From the NCBI GenBank assembly GCA_963932905.1, contig CAWVRN010000012.1, forward strand, positions 48,019-112,018: a DNA stretch of 64,000 nt, read 5' to 3'. Position 1 is the stretch's first letter; each line of letters begins with the position of its first letter. Under the pieces are notes generated by a model. That model saw only the letters and a list, made by a program, of their open reading frames with translations. It was not told the origin of the DNA and did not search any database. This document shows, piece after piece, positions 47,586 through 57,536 of the stretch. This DNA is from an uncultured Bdellovibrio sp. (GTDB lineage Bacteria > Bdellovibrionota > Bdellovibrionia > Bdellovibrionales > Bdellovibrionaceae). The position numbers and the translations under genes are program-made.

Positions 47586-48658
47586 TAAATTCTGGGTCTG
47601 GCTCTAGACCGAAATAAGCATAAATTTCCATCATTGAATTCCTGCGGTTCTAACCAATACTGATTTTTCATCCACAGTTTTGCATTGCCTTTAGTTACTA
47701 CCGTTATTTTTCTATCCAAACTCAACTCTTGAAGCTGATCCATGATAATGGCGTAGCTGGCGTCTGTGAAAGAATCAAAAATATAGTAGGTATCTGCAGG
47801 TGGAATTTTAAAGTCGGTGCTAGCTAAATCTTGAGTCGCGAATCTAACATGTTGGCTCAGGCCCAAATGCTCGCTGGCTTTATTAGCGATATCGACTCGT
47901 TCTTTAACAAACTCGTATCCAGTGAACTGAATATCTGGACGCATTAGTCCAATCACTAACCCGATTCGACCATAGCCAGAGCCGAGGTCTATAAAGCGTG
48001 ATCCTTTCGCTAGATTCAAATATCGCAGCGCTAAAACCGTGGTGGCATAGCTGGATTGAACGCCGACACCGGCACCCTCATAGAGTCGTTCTTTTTGATT
48101 TATCTCTGGCACTTCATTTAACAAATAGCCCAGTTCAAATATATCATCCAAGACATCAAAGGCCCGGTACAAAGAAAGTCGAGCGGCTGAATCTGTTTTC
48201 TTTCTGTCGGAATTAAGCTGATGTTCTAGTTCGTAGAGTTCCGACATTTGCATCAAGGCGATCTGTAAGAACTTTTTTTGAAAATCGTAGGATTTTGATT
48301 TAATACTTTTTAGTAAGAACGATTCCGTGGCGGTGATGGCTTTTAAGGCTAAGTGCAATCCGCCAATACTGGTATCAGTAAAGAAAGATTGTAGGAAAAG
48401 TAAGGGTTTAAGTTCGACATTTAGAAACGGTTTTATAAAACGTTCGAATTGAATTTCATCAGTTACATTTTTGCTTTGAATCCAATGTTCATCTATCAAA
48501 AGGCGTAAGACATTTTTTAAGTAAATACTATGGATGAAAAAGCCCGCCAGATCTTTTTCGTTGATAAACTGAAAAAGTGACCCGAGTTGTCCTTCTAGTT
48601 TCTCGAGTTCAACCTGTATTACGATTTTTTTTAGTTCTGACTTGTACTCAAGATTCAT
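47585..48658 (-). CDS. Class I SAM-dependent methyltransferase, DOT1-like C-terminal domain
   Basis: FIDLGSGYGRIG, GYEFVKERV, ADTYYIFDSF. Confidence 0.75.
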   Translation of the reverse strand: MNLEYKSELKKIVIQVELEKLEGQLGSLFQFINEKDLAGFFIHSIYLKNVLRLLIDEHWIQSKNVTDEIQFERFIKPFLNVELKPLLFLQSFFTDTSIGGLHLALKAITATESFLLKSIKSKSYDFQKKFLQIALMQMSELYELEHQLNSDRKKTDSAARLSLYRAFDVLDDIFELGYLLNEVPEINQKERLYEGAGVGVQSSYATTVLALRYLNLAKGSRFIDLGSGYGRIGLVIGLMRPDIQFTGYEFVKERVDIANKASEHLGLSQHVRFATQDLASTDFKIPPADTYYIFDSFTDASYAIIMDQLQELSLDRKITVVTKGNAKLWMKNQYWLEPQEFNDGNLCLFRSRARPRI

Positions 48659-48719
48659 TTAGACTCCCAAACCTTCATTGTGTGGGGTATTGATGCGGGT
48701 TACAATCACGAACCGCGAT

Positions 48720-48736
48720 TGTCTCAGAATAAGGCA
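48720..48736. promoter_or_regulatory. Near-match TGTC-N9-GACA site
   Basis: tgtctcagaataaggca, between the divergent methyltransferase and gltX genes. Confidence 0.35.
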
Positions 48737-48799
48737 TAACTTCCTTGTAAATGACGCATAATAGTTGATTTTTAGTACCCCCTGGTCTTTAATGGCCGA

Positions 48800-50293
48800 A
48801 TGGAAAATAACTCAAATTACTTCTCTGAAGTTCGTCTTCGTTATGCACCTTCACCGACTGGATACCTTCACGTTGGTGGTGCGCGCACGGCTCTTTACAA
48901 CTTTCTTTATGCTCGTAAACACAAGGGCAAATTTATTTTAAGGATTGAAGATACCGATCAAGAACGTTCGTCGATGGAATCATTGAAGATGGTTCTTGCC
49001 GACATGAAATGGCTGGGGCTGAGTTGGGATGAAGGCCCGAATGCAGAAACGCTTGAAGATATGGGATCGTATGGTCCCTACAAGCAGTCAGAGCGATTGA
49101 AAATTTATGATGAAGTCGCACAAGATCTGCTAAAACGCGGATTAGCTTATTATTGCTTCATGACGGATGCAGAGATTGAGGCTCAACGACAAGCTCAAAT
49201 GGCTGATGGTGCGGCCCATCCTCATTTAGAAAGTCCTTATGAAAATATGCCTTTGGTTGAAGCGCAGACTAAAATCAAAGCGGGTGAGAAAGCGGTCGTC
49301 CGTTTTAAGACTCGTCATTTGAAAAAGGATTATCATCTAAAAGATCTCATTCGCGGTGACGTTCATTTCCCTTCGGACATGGTTGGGGATTTCGTTCTGC
49401 TTCGTTCGGATGGTATGCCGGTTTATAATTTCTGCTGTGTAGTGGATGATTACAAAATGAAAATCTCGCATGTTCTGCGCGCGGAAGAGCATTTATCTAA
49501 CAGTCTTCGTCAATTAATGATTTACGAAGCGATGAAGTGGCCAACTCCTCAGTTTGGTCACGTGTCGTTAGTTTTGGATGATGACCGACAAAAATTATCT
49601 AAACGTAAAGGCGCGACCAGTTGTAATCAATTCCGGGAAGAAGGCTATTTGCCTGAAGCCTTGCTGAACTTCGTAGCGCTACTTGGCTGGTCACATCCAG
49701 AAGAGAAAGAGATTCTGTCATTGCAAGAAATGATTGATTCATTTTCTACAGATCGCTTGCACTCATCAGGCGCTGTATTTGATCGCGTGAAATTGAAGTG
49801 GGTGAATGCCCAGCACTTGCGTGCCAAGGCTCCGGTTGAGTTATGGGGCTTGATTGAGCCTTTCTTAAAGGCAAATAATATTTCATTCCCTGAAGATCGT
49901 CCTTGGAAATTCCAATCGCTTGAAGTTTTCAAAAATTATCTAGAAATCGTATCTGACGCGGTTCCGTTTTATAAACTACTTGATGATAAATATTTTGAAA
50001 TATTGCCTGAATCGGCAGAAGCATTGGGATGGCCAACGTCACGAGCCGTAGTGCAAGAATGGCAAAATGCAGTGACAGAATTCGCGGGAAATTCCTTCAC
50101 GGAAGATGACTTCAATAAACTGCAAGACGCGGTTAAAAACAAATCGCAGACCAAAGGTAAAAATTTGTTTATGCCGATGCGTGTAGCCGTGATTGGTAAG
50201 CCTCATGGAACAGAACTTAAAATCCTAGTTCCACTGATGACGAAGGCCTCATTGATTGCGCGCGCTCAAAAAGTTTTAGATTCGATGAAATAA
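48800..50293 (+). CDS. gltX: Glutamate--tRNA ligase
   Basis: RYAPSPTG.LHVGG, RIEDTD, KLSKR. Confidence 0.97.
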   Translation: MENNSNYFSEVRLRYAPSPTGYLHVGGARTALYNFLYARKHKGKFILRIEDTDQERSSMESLKMVLADMKWLGLSWDEGPNAETLEDMGSYGPYKQSERLKIYDEVAQDLLKRGLAYYCFMTDAEIEAQRQAQMADGAAHPHLESPYENMPLVEAQTKIKAGEKAVVRFKTRHLKKDYHLKDLIRGDVHFPSDMVGDFVLLRSDGMPVYNFCCVVDDYKMKISHVLRAEEHLSNSLRQLMIYEAMKWPTPQFGHVSLVLDDDRQKLSKRKGATSCNQFREEGYLPEALLNFVALLGWSHPEEKEILSLQEMIDSFSTDRLHSSGAVFDRVKLKWVNAQHLRAKAPVELWGLIEPFLKANNISFPEDRPWKFQSLEVFKNYLEIVSDAVPFYKLLDDKYFEILPESAEALGWPTSRAVVQEWQNAVTEFAGNSFTEDDFNKLQDAVKNKSQTKGKNLFMPMRVAVIGKPHGTELKILVPLMTKASLIARAQKVLDSMK

Positions 50294-50311
50294 CTAAGGA
50301 TTTATAGAGTC

Positions 50312-51754
50312 ATGGAATTAAAAATATACAATACGCTGAGTAGAACTAAAGAAGTTTTCAAGCCGATGAATGCGCCCGATGTGCGTATTTATGTATGCGG
50401 TCCAACGGTTTATGATTTTTTGCACGTCGGAAACTTTCGCGGTCCAGTGCTGTTTAACATGATTCGCAATTACCTTGAGCTGATCGGCTACAAAGTGACT
50501 TACGCTATGAATTTTACCGACATTGAAGATAAAATTATCCGTCGAGCGAATGAAAAAGGGGTAACGTCTGAAGCGTTAACAGAACAGTACATAAATGAAT
50601 ACAAAAAAGACTTTCAAATTTTGGGTCTGCGTCCACATGATTTAAATCCTCGTGTGACTGAACATTTGCCTGCGATTAACGAAATGATTTCGACTTTGGT
50701 TAAAAATGAAACTGCCTACGTAGTTGATGGTGACGTTTGGTTTTCTATCGAAAAATTTAAAGACTACGGAAAATTAAGCGGTCGCAATGTAGATGAGCTT
50801 ATGGCCGGTGCTCGAGTTGAAGTAGAAGAAAAAAAACGCAATCCAATGGATTTTGCATTGTGGAAATCCGCGAAACCAGGGGAGCCATCGTGGGATTCGC
50901 CTTGGGGCAAGGGGCGTCCAGGATGGCATATCGAATGTTCTGCTATGAACAAAGCTATCTTTGGCGATCAGATCGATATTCACGGTGGTGGAACTGATTT
51001 GATGTTCCCGCATCACGAAAACGAAATTGCCCAAACCGAAGGATGCACTCATAAAACATTTTCCAAATATTGGATACACTGGCATATGTTAAATTTCTCG
51101 GGTCAGAAGATGAGTAAATCGGTTGGGAATATCCTAAGCATGCGCGAATTTGCGGAAAAATATCATGCCGAGATTTATAAATTTATGATTTTGTCGGTTC
51201 ACTATCGCAGTGTTGCTGATTTTAGTGATGAAGTGATTCACAGAACGATTTCAAACTTAGCGCGAGTGTATTCTTCATTGGCGATTGCAGATTCTTATCA
51301 ACCAGATATGTCGTCGGCTAAAATGACTCCGGCCACCGAGGCCTTATGGAATCGGGTGATGGTATCTTTAAGTGATGATTTCAATATGGTCGAGGTGATT
51401 GCTATTATTTACGAAGTTACTAAGGCGTTTAATCAAGGTGTAAAGCGGGGCATGAAGCCAAACCCTGCCATACTTGAAAAATGCGCTCAGTTAAAATTAT
51501 TTTTTGATAAGCTAAGCAAATTGACTTGTTTGTTTGGAGAAAACGCCGCTTCTTTCTTGAAATTCTTAGACGATAAGCTCATTGAAATCTACAAAATCGA
51601 TATCAAAACTGTAGAAAAACTGATCGACGAACGCAAACAAGCCCGAGCAGAAAAAAACTTCGCTCTATCAGACCAACTCCGCGATCAACTCAATCAAATG
51701 AAAATCGCAGTCAGCGACACCAGCGACGGGATGCACTGGGAAGTTATGAAGTAA
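50312..51754 (+). CDS. cysS: Cysteine--tRNA ligase
   Basis: CGPTVY..HVGN, DFALWK, GRPGWHIEC, FPHHENE, KMSKS. Confidence 0.97.
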   Translation: MELKIYNTLSRTKEVFKPMNAPDVRIYVCGPTVYDFLHVGNFRGPVLFNMIRNYLELIGYKVTYAMNFTDIEDKIIRRANEKGVTSEALTEQYINEYKKDFQILGLRPHDLNPRVTEHLPAINEMISTLVKNETAYVVDGDVWFSIEKFKDYGKLSGRNVDELMAGARVEVEEKKRNPMDFALWKSAKPGEPSWDSPWGKGRPGWHIECSAMNKAIFGDQIDIHGGGTDLMFPHHENEIAQTEGCTHKTFSKYWIHWHMLNFSGQKMSKSVGNILSMREFAEKYHAEIYKFMILSVHYRSVADFSDEVIHRTISNLARVYSSLAIADSYQPDMSSAKMTPATEALWNRVMVSLSDDFNMVEVIAIIYEVTKAFNQGVKRGMKPNPAILEKCAQLKLFFDKLSKLTCLFGENAASFLKFLDDKLIEIYKIDIKTVEKLIDERKQARAEKNFALSDQLRDQLNQMKIAVSDTSDGMHWEVMK

Positions 51755-51878
51755 CTTCCCAGCTTTGAGCCTAGCGACTATCAAAATCAAATCTGGATTC
51801 TAAATTAGAACTGTTCTGGGTTAAAATTTATATGTACGTTGAAAACTTTTTGGCTATTCGCCTGATGACTATGTTTGG

Positions 51879-52172
51879 CTATTCGCCAAAAACCCTAATT
51901 TTCTTCTGTAGTTCTTTTAAAAGTGATTTAATTTCGTGCAATTGTTCTTGGTCGCGATTCATTTTGCCGTCGTATTTTTCGGTCAAATCGTTCCAGTAGC
52001 ACAGTGCTGATTGCACGTCGCTGTTGAGTTCTAGCCAGCGCTCTTTGAATCTTTGGTCTTTTGGGCTTTGATGAGTGCCACTGTCAGCCTTTTCAAGCAG
52101 GGACGGCCTTTGAGGGGCGCATTTGCGTCCTTTCGGCTTTGGTTTTTGGCTGTTTTTGTCTTTAATTGTCAT
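51879..52172 (-). CDS. Small hypothetical protein
   Basis: 97-aa ORF with a helical C-terminus filling the cysS-ettA gap. Confidence 0.5.
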   Translation of the reverse strand: MTIKDKNSQKPKPKGRKCAPQRPSLLEKADSGTHQSPKDQRFKERWLELNSDVQSALCYWNDLTEKYDGKMNRDQEQLHEIKSLLKELQKKIRVFGE

Positions 52173-52320
52173 GCACTCTTTTTTTCTGATTCAAATCGTA
52201 TTAGTAAGGACGACAGTGCACCAAATAAAAGTTTTTTTGACAAGAAAATATTTGAAAAAAAATTTGATAAGCCCTTGAAAAAGAACTACTTTGGGGAACT
52301 ATTCTCTCAAAGGACATATC

Positions 52321-53994
52321 ATGGCTGAAGAAATTATATACACAATGAAAGGGGTTTCTAAAGTATACCCCCCTAATCGTTACGTGCTTAAAAACATATA
52401 CTTGTCATATTTTTACGGGGCTAAAATTGGCGTTCTTGGTTTGAACGGTTCAGGAAAATCGTCTTTGCTTAGAATTATGGCTGGCGAAGATAAAGAGTTT
52501 TTAGGTGAAGCATTTCCTGCCAAACAAATGCGTGTAGGGTACTTGAAGCAGGAACCGGAATTAGACGAAAATGCGACCGTCAAAGAAAATATTTTTTCGG
52601 GCATGGGTGAATTGCCTAAATTAATGAAAGAATACAACGCCATTTCTGAAAAATTTAATGATCCTGATTTAGATCCTGATGTGATGAACGACCTAATTGA
52701 AAAACAAGGTGTTCTTCAAGAAAAAATCGAAACTCTGGGCGGCTGGGAAGTTGATCAAAAAATAGAATACGCTATGGATGCCTTGCGCTGTCCGGATGGC
52801 GATGCCATCGTAAAGCCTCTATCTGGTGGTGAAAAGCGTCGTGTGGCTTTGTGCCGATTGCTGCTGAGCGAGCCAGATATTTTGTTATTGGATGAGCCTA
52901 CGAATCATTTGGATGCAGAAAGTGTTGCTTGGCTTGAGCAATATCTGCACAAATTCCCGGGAACGGTTATTGCGGTTACCCATGATCGTTATTTTTTGGA
53001 TAACGTTGCGGGGTGGATTCTTGAACTCGATCGTGGTGAAGGAATTCCGTTCAAAGGAAACTACACGTCTTGGTTGGAACAAAAAGATAAACGTTTATCT
53101 CAGGAACAAAAAGAGAACACTCGTCGTAACAAAACATTGGAGCGCGAGTTAGAATGGGTTCGTATGAATCCAAAAGCACGTCAGTCGAAATCAAAAGCAC
53201 GTGTATCAGCATACGAAAGCTTGTTGAAAGAAGCGACTCCAGAGAAAATTGCAGAAATGCAAATCTACATACCGCCCGGACCTCGTTTGGGTGATATCGT
53301 TATTGAAGCGAAAGATATCGTTAAAGGTTACGGTAAAAAACTCCTATTTGATCATGTGAATTTCACAATTCCTCGTGGTGCCATCGTAGGTGTCATCGGA
53401 CCAAACGGTGTGGGTAAATCGACATTGTTCAAAATGATCGTTGGTAAAGAGAAGGTAGACAGTGGTTCATTTAAAGTCGGTGAGACCGTGAAAATGGCTT
53501 ATGTCGATCAAACTCGTGAAACTTTGGATCCTAACAAATCTGTATTCCAAGAAATTTCTGAAGGTAACGACACGATTAAGCTAGGTATCCGCGAAGTGAA
53601 TGCTCGTCAGTACTTATCTTGGTTCAATTTCTCTGGTGGTGATCAAGAGAAAAAAGTGGGCACTTTGTCCGGTGGTGAACGCAATCGCGTGAATATGGCC
53701 AAGATCCTTAAGCAGGGTGCGAACTTGTTGCTTCTGGATGAACCAACGAATGATTTGGACGTAAATACGATGCGTGCCCTAGAGGAAGCGTTGTTAGAGT
53801 TTGGGGGATCTGCAGTCGTTATTTCCCATGATCGTTGGTTTCTAGATAGAATTTGCACACATATCATGGCGTTCGAAGGTGATTCTAAAGTTGAATTCTT
53901 CACCGGTAACTTCACTGAGTACGAAGAAGATCGTAAAAAGCGTTTAGGCGATCAAGCTCCGAAACGTATTCGATTCCGTGATATTTTGAATTAA
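52321..53994 (+). CDS. ettA: Energy-dependent translational throttle protein EttA (ABC-F)
   Basis: Two ABC domains, GAKIGVLGLNGSGKS, ELEWVR..PKARQSKSKAR; AAGGA RBS before ATG 52321. Confidence 0.95.
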   Translation: MAEEIIYTMKGVSKVYPPNRYVLKNIYLSYFYGAKIGVLGLNGSGKSSLLRIMAGEDKEFLGEAFPAKQMRVGYLKQEPELDENATVKENIFSGMGELPKLMKEYNAISEKFNDPDLDPDVMNDLIEKQGVLQEKIETLGGWEVDQKIEYAMDALRCPDGDAIVKPLSGGEKRRVALCRLLLSEPDILLLDEPTNHLDAESVAWLEQYLHKFPGTVIAVTHDRYFLDNVAGWILELDRGEGIPFKGNYTSWLEQKDKRLSQEQKENTRRNKTLERELEWVRMNPKARQSKSKARVSAYESLLKEATPEKIAEMQIYIPPGPRLGDIVIEAKDIVKGYGKKLLFDHVNFTIPRGAIVGVIGPNGVGKSTLFKMIVGKEKVDSGSFKVGETVKMAYVDQTRETLDPNKSVFQEISEGNDTIKLGIREVNARQYLSWFNFSGGDQEKKVGTLSGGERNRVNMAKILKQGANLLLLDEPTNDLDVNTMRALEEALLEFGGSAVVISHDRWFLDRICTHIMAFEGDSKVEFFTGNFTEYEEDRKKRLGDQAPKRIRFRDILN

Positions 53995-54007
53995 TAGAAA
54001 TGTTCGC

Positions 54008-56161
54008 CTATTCGGGAAGCCTGATAGGCGAATAAAGTCCGCTAAAAATAGAATCGCCAAAACGTGCTCTGGCTTGCTCTACCGAATCAATAACATTTTG
54101 GCGTCGTTTCAAAAACAAATCAATTTCGTCTGTACTTAAATTTCCCGAAAACAATTCTCGCCATTTTTCATCTGTTGTGGACTTTAGTTTTTCATAGGCT
54201 TTTTGATCGCCAACAATAGAAATTAATCTTTGGTCACGTTGCGACTGGGCCGCGTTGAGGTTGAATAAATTGGTCGAATTTTCCGGGGCATCAAATGCTG
54301 TTGTTTTGGCTTGCTCTTTTACAAAACTAATCGAGCCGTCTGGTGGTTTAGGCCACTTTTTGTTGAATGCAAATCCATGATCAATAGCGACAGCATGACC
54401 TTCACTAGTGTAAAGTAAATTAGCCGGATTATTTGTTCTGTCAAAATTGTGAATTAAATAATCAAAAACAGATAGTTCTTCTTGCCCGCGACCTTTGCTA
54501 AAGGTTCCTAAATTGTCGACAAGAAGTTGTACCGTGCCATCTACACCATTAAGTTTTTTGGATACAGTGATTGGGACGCGATTGTAACCTAGGTAGTTAT
54601 CTAGTTTATAGGCGGCAAGTTCAGCAGCAGCCGCATGAGTGTCTTTTCTGCTAACAGTGAGTTCTGCTTTTTTCCATATACCAACAGTCCCATCCGGAAA
54701 CTCGACGTAACGTGCTTCCGAAATCCCAGAACCAACCCGTTTTCGGTCAACCACTTCGTTGGCTTCCATGTAACTTTTTAGTTTCTGTTCATACCGAGTC
54801 GCCTCAGCGACATTACCTTTTTCTCGCATGGCGATCATTTTCTGGAAGTGTGTTTGAGGTGTGCGAGTTTTAAGCCAAGCTTTCACTTCTTTTTTTTCTT
54901 TGTATCGCGTGATTAGGCTCTGTAGGCCGCGAAGTTCCCTGGGGTTCAAATGAAATGAAAGGCTCGCGCCGATGGCTGGCAAAACCGTTCCTAAAAAACA
55001 ATTTCCTTCTTCAATTTCACGTTCAAGAGAGGTGCTGCTGCATTGATCACCTTCGGTGGCGGGGCCCTTCATTTTAAACGAAGGTGCGTCTTTGCATTCG
55101 GTTTCAGCAAGGCGAGCTGTATCCGCAATACTGATTATGGTGCCTGATACCGCAGCGGTTGCCGCTGCCGTTTTCTGCGCCAGGTTCCAGGCCGCCACAG
55201 AAATACGGCCAGAACGCCACGCTACTAAAGCAACGCGAGTAAGCAAGCTCCCAGCTCCCAGCCCGGCTATAGTGGCGCCCACCGTGATCGCTAGATCACG
55301 TTTCTTTGCGCCTTCTCCATAAACGGCGTCAAGATAGCAAAGAAGAGAACTGTGGTCCTCTTTCTTAAGATTACTTTTTTTAAAAATATAATCCATCATC
55401 GCGGGATCTTGAACGATGTTTTCTTTTACAACGGCAGGTAACGGATTGGGGCTTTGGGCTATTTTTTTTGCGGCTTGAATTTCATCGACCATAGTGGCGC
55501 GAAGTCCACGTAAACGAATAGTTAAACTGCCGGGACTAATAGTTTTAAAATCAGTTGTTTCTAAAAAACTAAGCATGTCTGGTCGTTGTCCAAAAGGAAG
55601 GGATGCCAGAATCATATTTTTTTGATCTTCTAAGTTTTTAATATCGTTGTTAAGTGCATCGGCTTTCTTTTTTATGTCTTTCTGGTAGGGTGTTAACGGA
55701 AGATGGCCGCTTTTTGGTATTTTGCTGTTAAGAAGCTGCCATTGACCTGTCATCGACTTGGTTTTGGTCGAGAGTTCTTTTATTGCCTCGCTGCGAGAAG
55801 CCAATTCATAAACAAATTTGGGATTTTCGAAGCTGAAGTTTTTAATTTTATCGTATTCACATTGAAGAAGTTCCGCATAAGCTTTTTGGCCCATTTCAAA
55901 AAAGACCTCGCTGTAGAGTTCTTTGGCGTCTTTACCGGCATTGGATAGGGAGTTAGCAGAGGCACAACTTTGCTTAGAGGCGGCTCTTTGCAATGCGGCT
56001 ACGTTGTCGGCACTCATATTCTTGCATGGTCCGTTGGACATATAACTTATGAACTCAGCTGCAGAGCGCAGGGAACTTTCGGCTGTTTTTCCTGCATGCG
56101 CATTTGCGAAGGCAAAAAAAATGAAAATCATAGGTAGTAGGAAATGAAACCGATTAAACAT
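54008..56161 (-). CDS. Exported protein with C-terminal PI3/PI4-kinase-/HipA-like kinase domain
   Basis: Signal peptide (AHA); G.GIS, WK, ELAAYKLD..LG...VP.T, GTVQ, FDYLIHNFDR...NLL, AIDHGFAF. Confidence 0.75.
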   Translation of the reverse strand: MFNRFHFLLPMIFIFFAFANAHAGKTAESSLRSAAEFISYMSNGPCKNMSADNVAALQRAASKQSCASANSLSNAGKDAKELYSEVFFEMGQKAYAELLQCEYDKIKNFSFENPKFVYELASRSEAIKELSTKTKSMTGQWQLLNSKIPKSGHLPLTPYQKDIKKKADALNNDIKNLEDQKNMILASLPFGQRPDMLSFLETTDFKTISPGSLTIRLRGLRATMVDEIQAAKKIAQSPNPLPAVVKENIVQDPAMMDYIFKKSNLKKEDHSSLLCYLDAVYGEGAKKRDLAITVGATIAGLGAGSLLTRVALVAWRSGRISVAAWNLAQKTAAATAAVSGTIISIADTARLAETECKDAPSFKMKGPATEGDQCSSTSLEREIEEGNCFLGTVLPAIGASLSFHLNPRELRGLQSLITRYKEKKEVKAWLKTRTPQTHFQKMIAMREKGNVAEATRYEQKLKSYMEANEVVDRKRVGSGISEARYVEFPDGTVGIWKKAELTVSRKDTHAAAAELAAYKLDNYLGYNRVPITVSKKLNGVDGTVQLLVDNLGTFSKGRGQEELSVFDYLIHNFDRTNNPANLLYTSEGHAVAIDHGFAFNKKWPKPPDGSISFVKEQAKTTAFDAPENSTNLFNLNAAQSQRDQRLISIVGDQKAYEKLKSTTDEKWRELFSGNLSTDEIDLFLKRRQNVIDSVEQARARFGDSIFSGLYSPIRLPE

Positions 56162-56163
56162 GG

Positions 56164-56718
56164 TTACTTTTTGAACACGGACGATAAGCATTCGTACTGC
56201 TTTTTAAGTTCCAAAAAGCTATGAGCTGAACCTGTTACGCTATCTGGGTGTTTTATAAGAGCTAGTTTTCTATATGCCTTTTTTAACTCATCAGGCGTAA
56301 AGTCTCCTAGTAGAAACATCTTTTCATTGATGAAATAAGACATCGCTAACGTTTGTTTATCGTTAAGTTTATGGGGAGGTCCTTTAGGTCGAGGGGGCGG
56401 TTTTGCTGTTGTTTGATTTTTAGTCTCGGCAGAATTTGCCTTAGTCTGTCCCTTTTTTGCCCAATCGGCGGCTTCATTAGTGTAACGACCACGATTTTGA
56501 AAGCGTCGGTACGGTGTTTCACTCATTTTTGCTTTAGAAACCGAGAATGAATTTGGTTGTTGTTCAAACAGACGTTGATGCAATTGATTTAGCTCAAGTT
56601 CTTCTTTCGATGGTGTGTTTATAGAGGAAAATGACTCTTTCGCAGAGGAAAAATGGGTTTTTTTATCATTTTTCTCTAGTTTTTCTCTAAGGATTTCAGC
56701 GAATGACCCTGTCGACAT
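56164..56718 (-). CDS. C-terminal J-domain (DnaJ-like) protein
   Basis: ELKKAYRKLALIKHPD...F..L...Y. Confidence 0.82.
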   Translation of the reverse strand: MSTGSFAEILREKLEKNDKKTHFSSAKESFSSINTPSKEELELNQLHQRLFEQQPNSFSVSKAKMSETPYRRFQNRGRYTNEAADWAKKGQTKANSAETKNQTTAKPPPRPKGPPHKLNDKQTLAMSYFINEKMFLLGDFTPDELKKAYRKLALIKHPDSVTGSAHSFLELKKQYECLSSVFKK

Positions 56719-56930
56719 ACTGTTTTATCGGTAAGAAATCGATAAAAAATAGCCCAGAAACCACGATGAGAGCCGTTTTTTGGTCATTTTCCCTTCGATT
56801 TCGTAGAGAAAATGCAGTGGGGAGCAAAAAAAATTCAAAGGTCGTGCATTTTTTTTTGGACAAACCTCTAGTTATCGTGAACACTAGGTCCATCAGTCAT
56901 AAACAACTCATTAACGAAAGGGAAATGACA

Positions 56931-57314
56931 ATGGCAAAAAAGACTACAAAAAAAGCAGCGAAAGCTACTAAAAAAGCAGCTCCTAAAAAAGCTAAAGCTA
57001 CAAAAATGAAAGCAGCTCCAAAAGCTAAAGCTACAAAAAAAGCAGCTAAACCTGCTAAAGCTAAAAGAAAACCAAATCCAGCTCTACTTATGAAGTTACA
57101 ACCTTCTGAAGCATTAGCTGCAGTTGTTGGTGGCGCTCCACTTCCTCGTTCACAAGCTCTTAAAAAAGTTTGGGACTACATCAAAAAATACAACTTACAA
57201 GATGCAACTAACCGTCGCAAAATCAATGCTGATGACAAATTGAAAACTCTTTTCGGTAAAGCTTCAGTTGGTATGTTAGAAATCGGTGGCATCCTAGCGA
57301 AACACCTTAAGTAA
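56931..57314 (+). CDS. SWIB/MDM2 domain protein with Lys/Ala-rich (histone H1-like) N-terminal tail
   Basis: PS..LAAVVG..PL.R....KKVWDYIKK.NLQD..NRR.INADDKL; AAAGGG RBS before ATG 56931. Confidence 0.92.
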   Translation: MAKKTTKKAAKATKKAAPKKAKATKMKAAPKAKATKKAAKPAKAKRKPNPALLMKLQPSEALAAVVGGAPLPRSQALKKVWDYIKKYNLQDATNRRKINADDKLKTLFGKASVGMLEIGGILAKHLK

Positions 57315-57345
57315 TATATATTAGCTAACGCTAATGTTACTTATG

Positions 57346-57374
57346 AAAACCCGGGTCTTCCCCGGGTTTTTTTT
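57346..57374 (+). terminator. Intrinsic terminator
   Basis: aaaacccggg-tcttc-cccgggtttttttt. Confidence 0.88.
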
Positions 57375-57536
57375 GCTCTAATCAAAATGATTCAATGGGT
57401 GGAAATCAGGCCAAGATAAATCAAAATCTGCCACCTAGTCCAGGAACCAACTGAATTGTATTCTATCATCTGCCTTTACAATCTATAGGGGTTTTGCTAC
57501 TGTCGCTTAGTAATCCCATGTTTAAGGAATCCCCTA

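Noticed and set aside
56725..56751. Sigma28-like promoter (TATT-N15-ACCGATAA) for the J-domain gene
   Set aside because: The -10 is good but the -35 is weak; not supportable without TSS data.
56703..56930. 203-aa version of the SWIB ORF; likewise extended starts at 1562, 9817, 16552, 44429, 47252, 52291 and 56191
   Set aside because: Downstream starts have better RBS, signal peptides or family N-termini and avoid overlaps.
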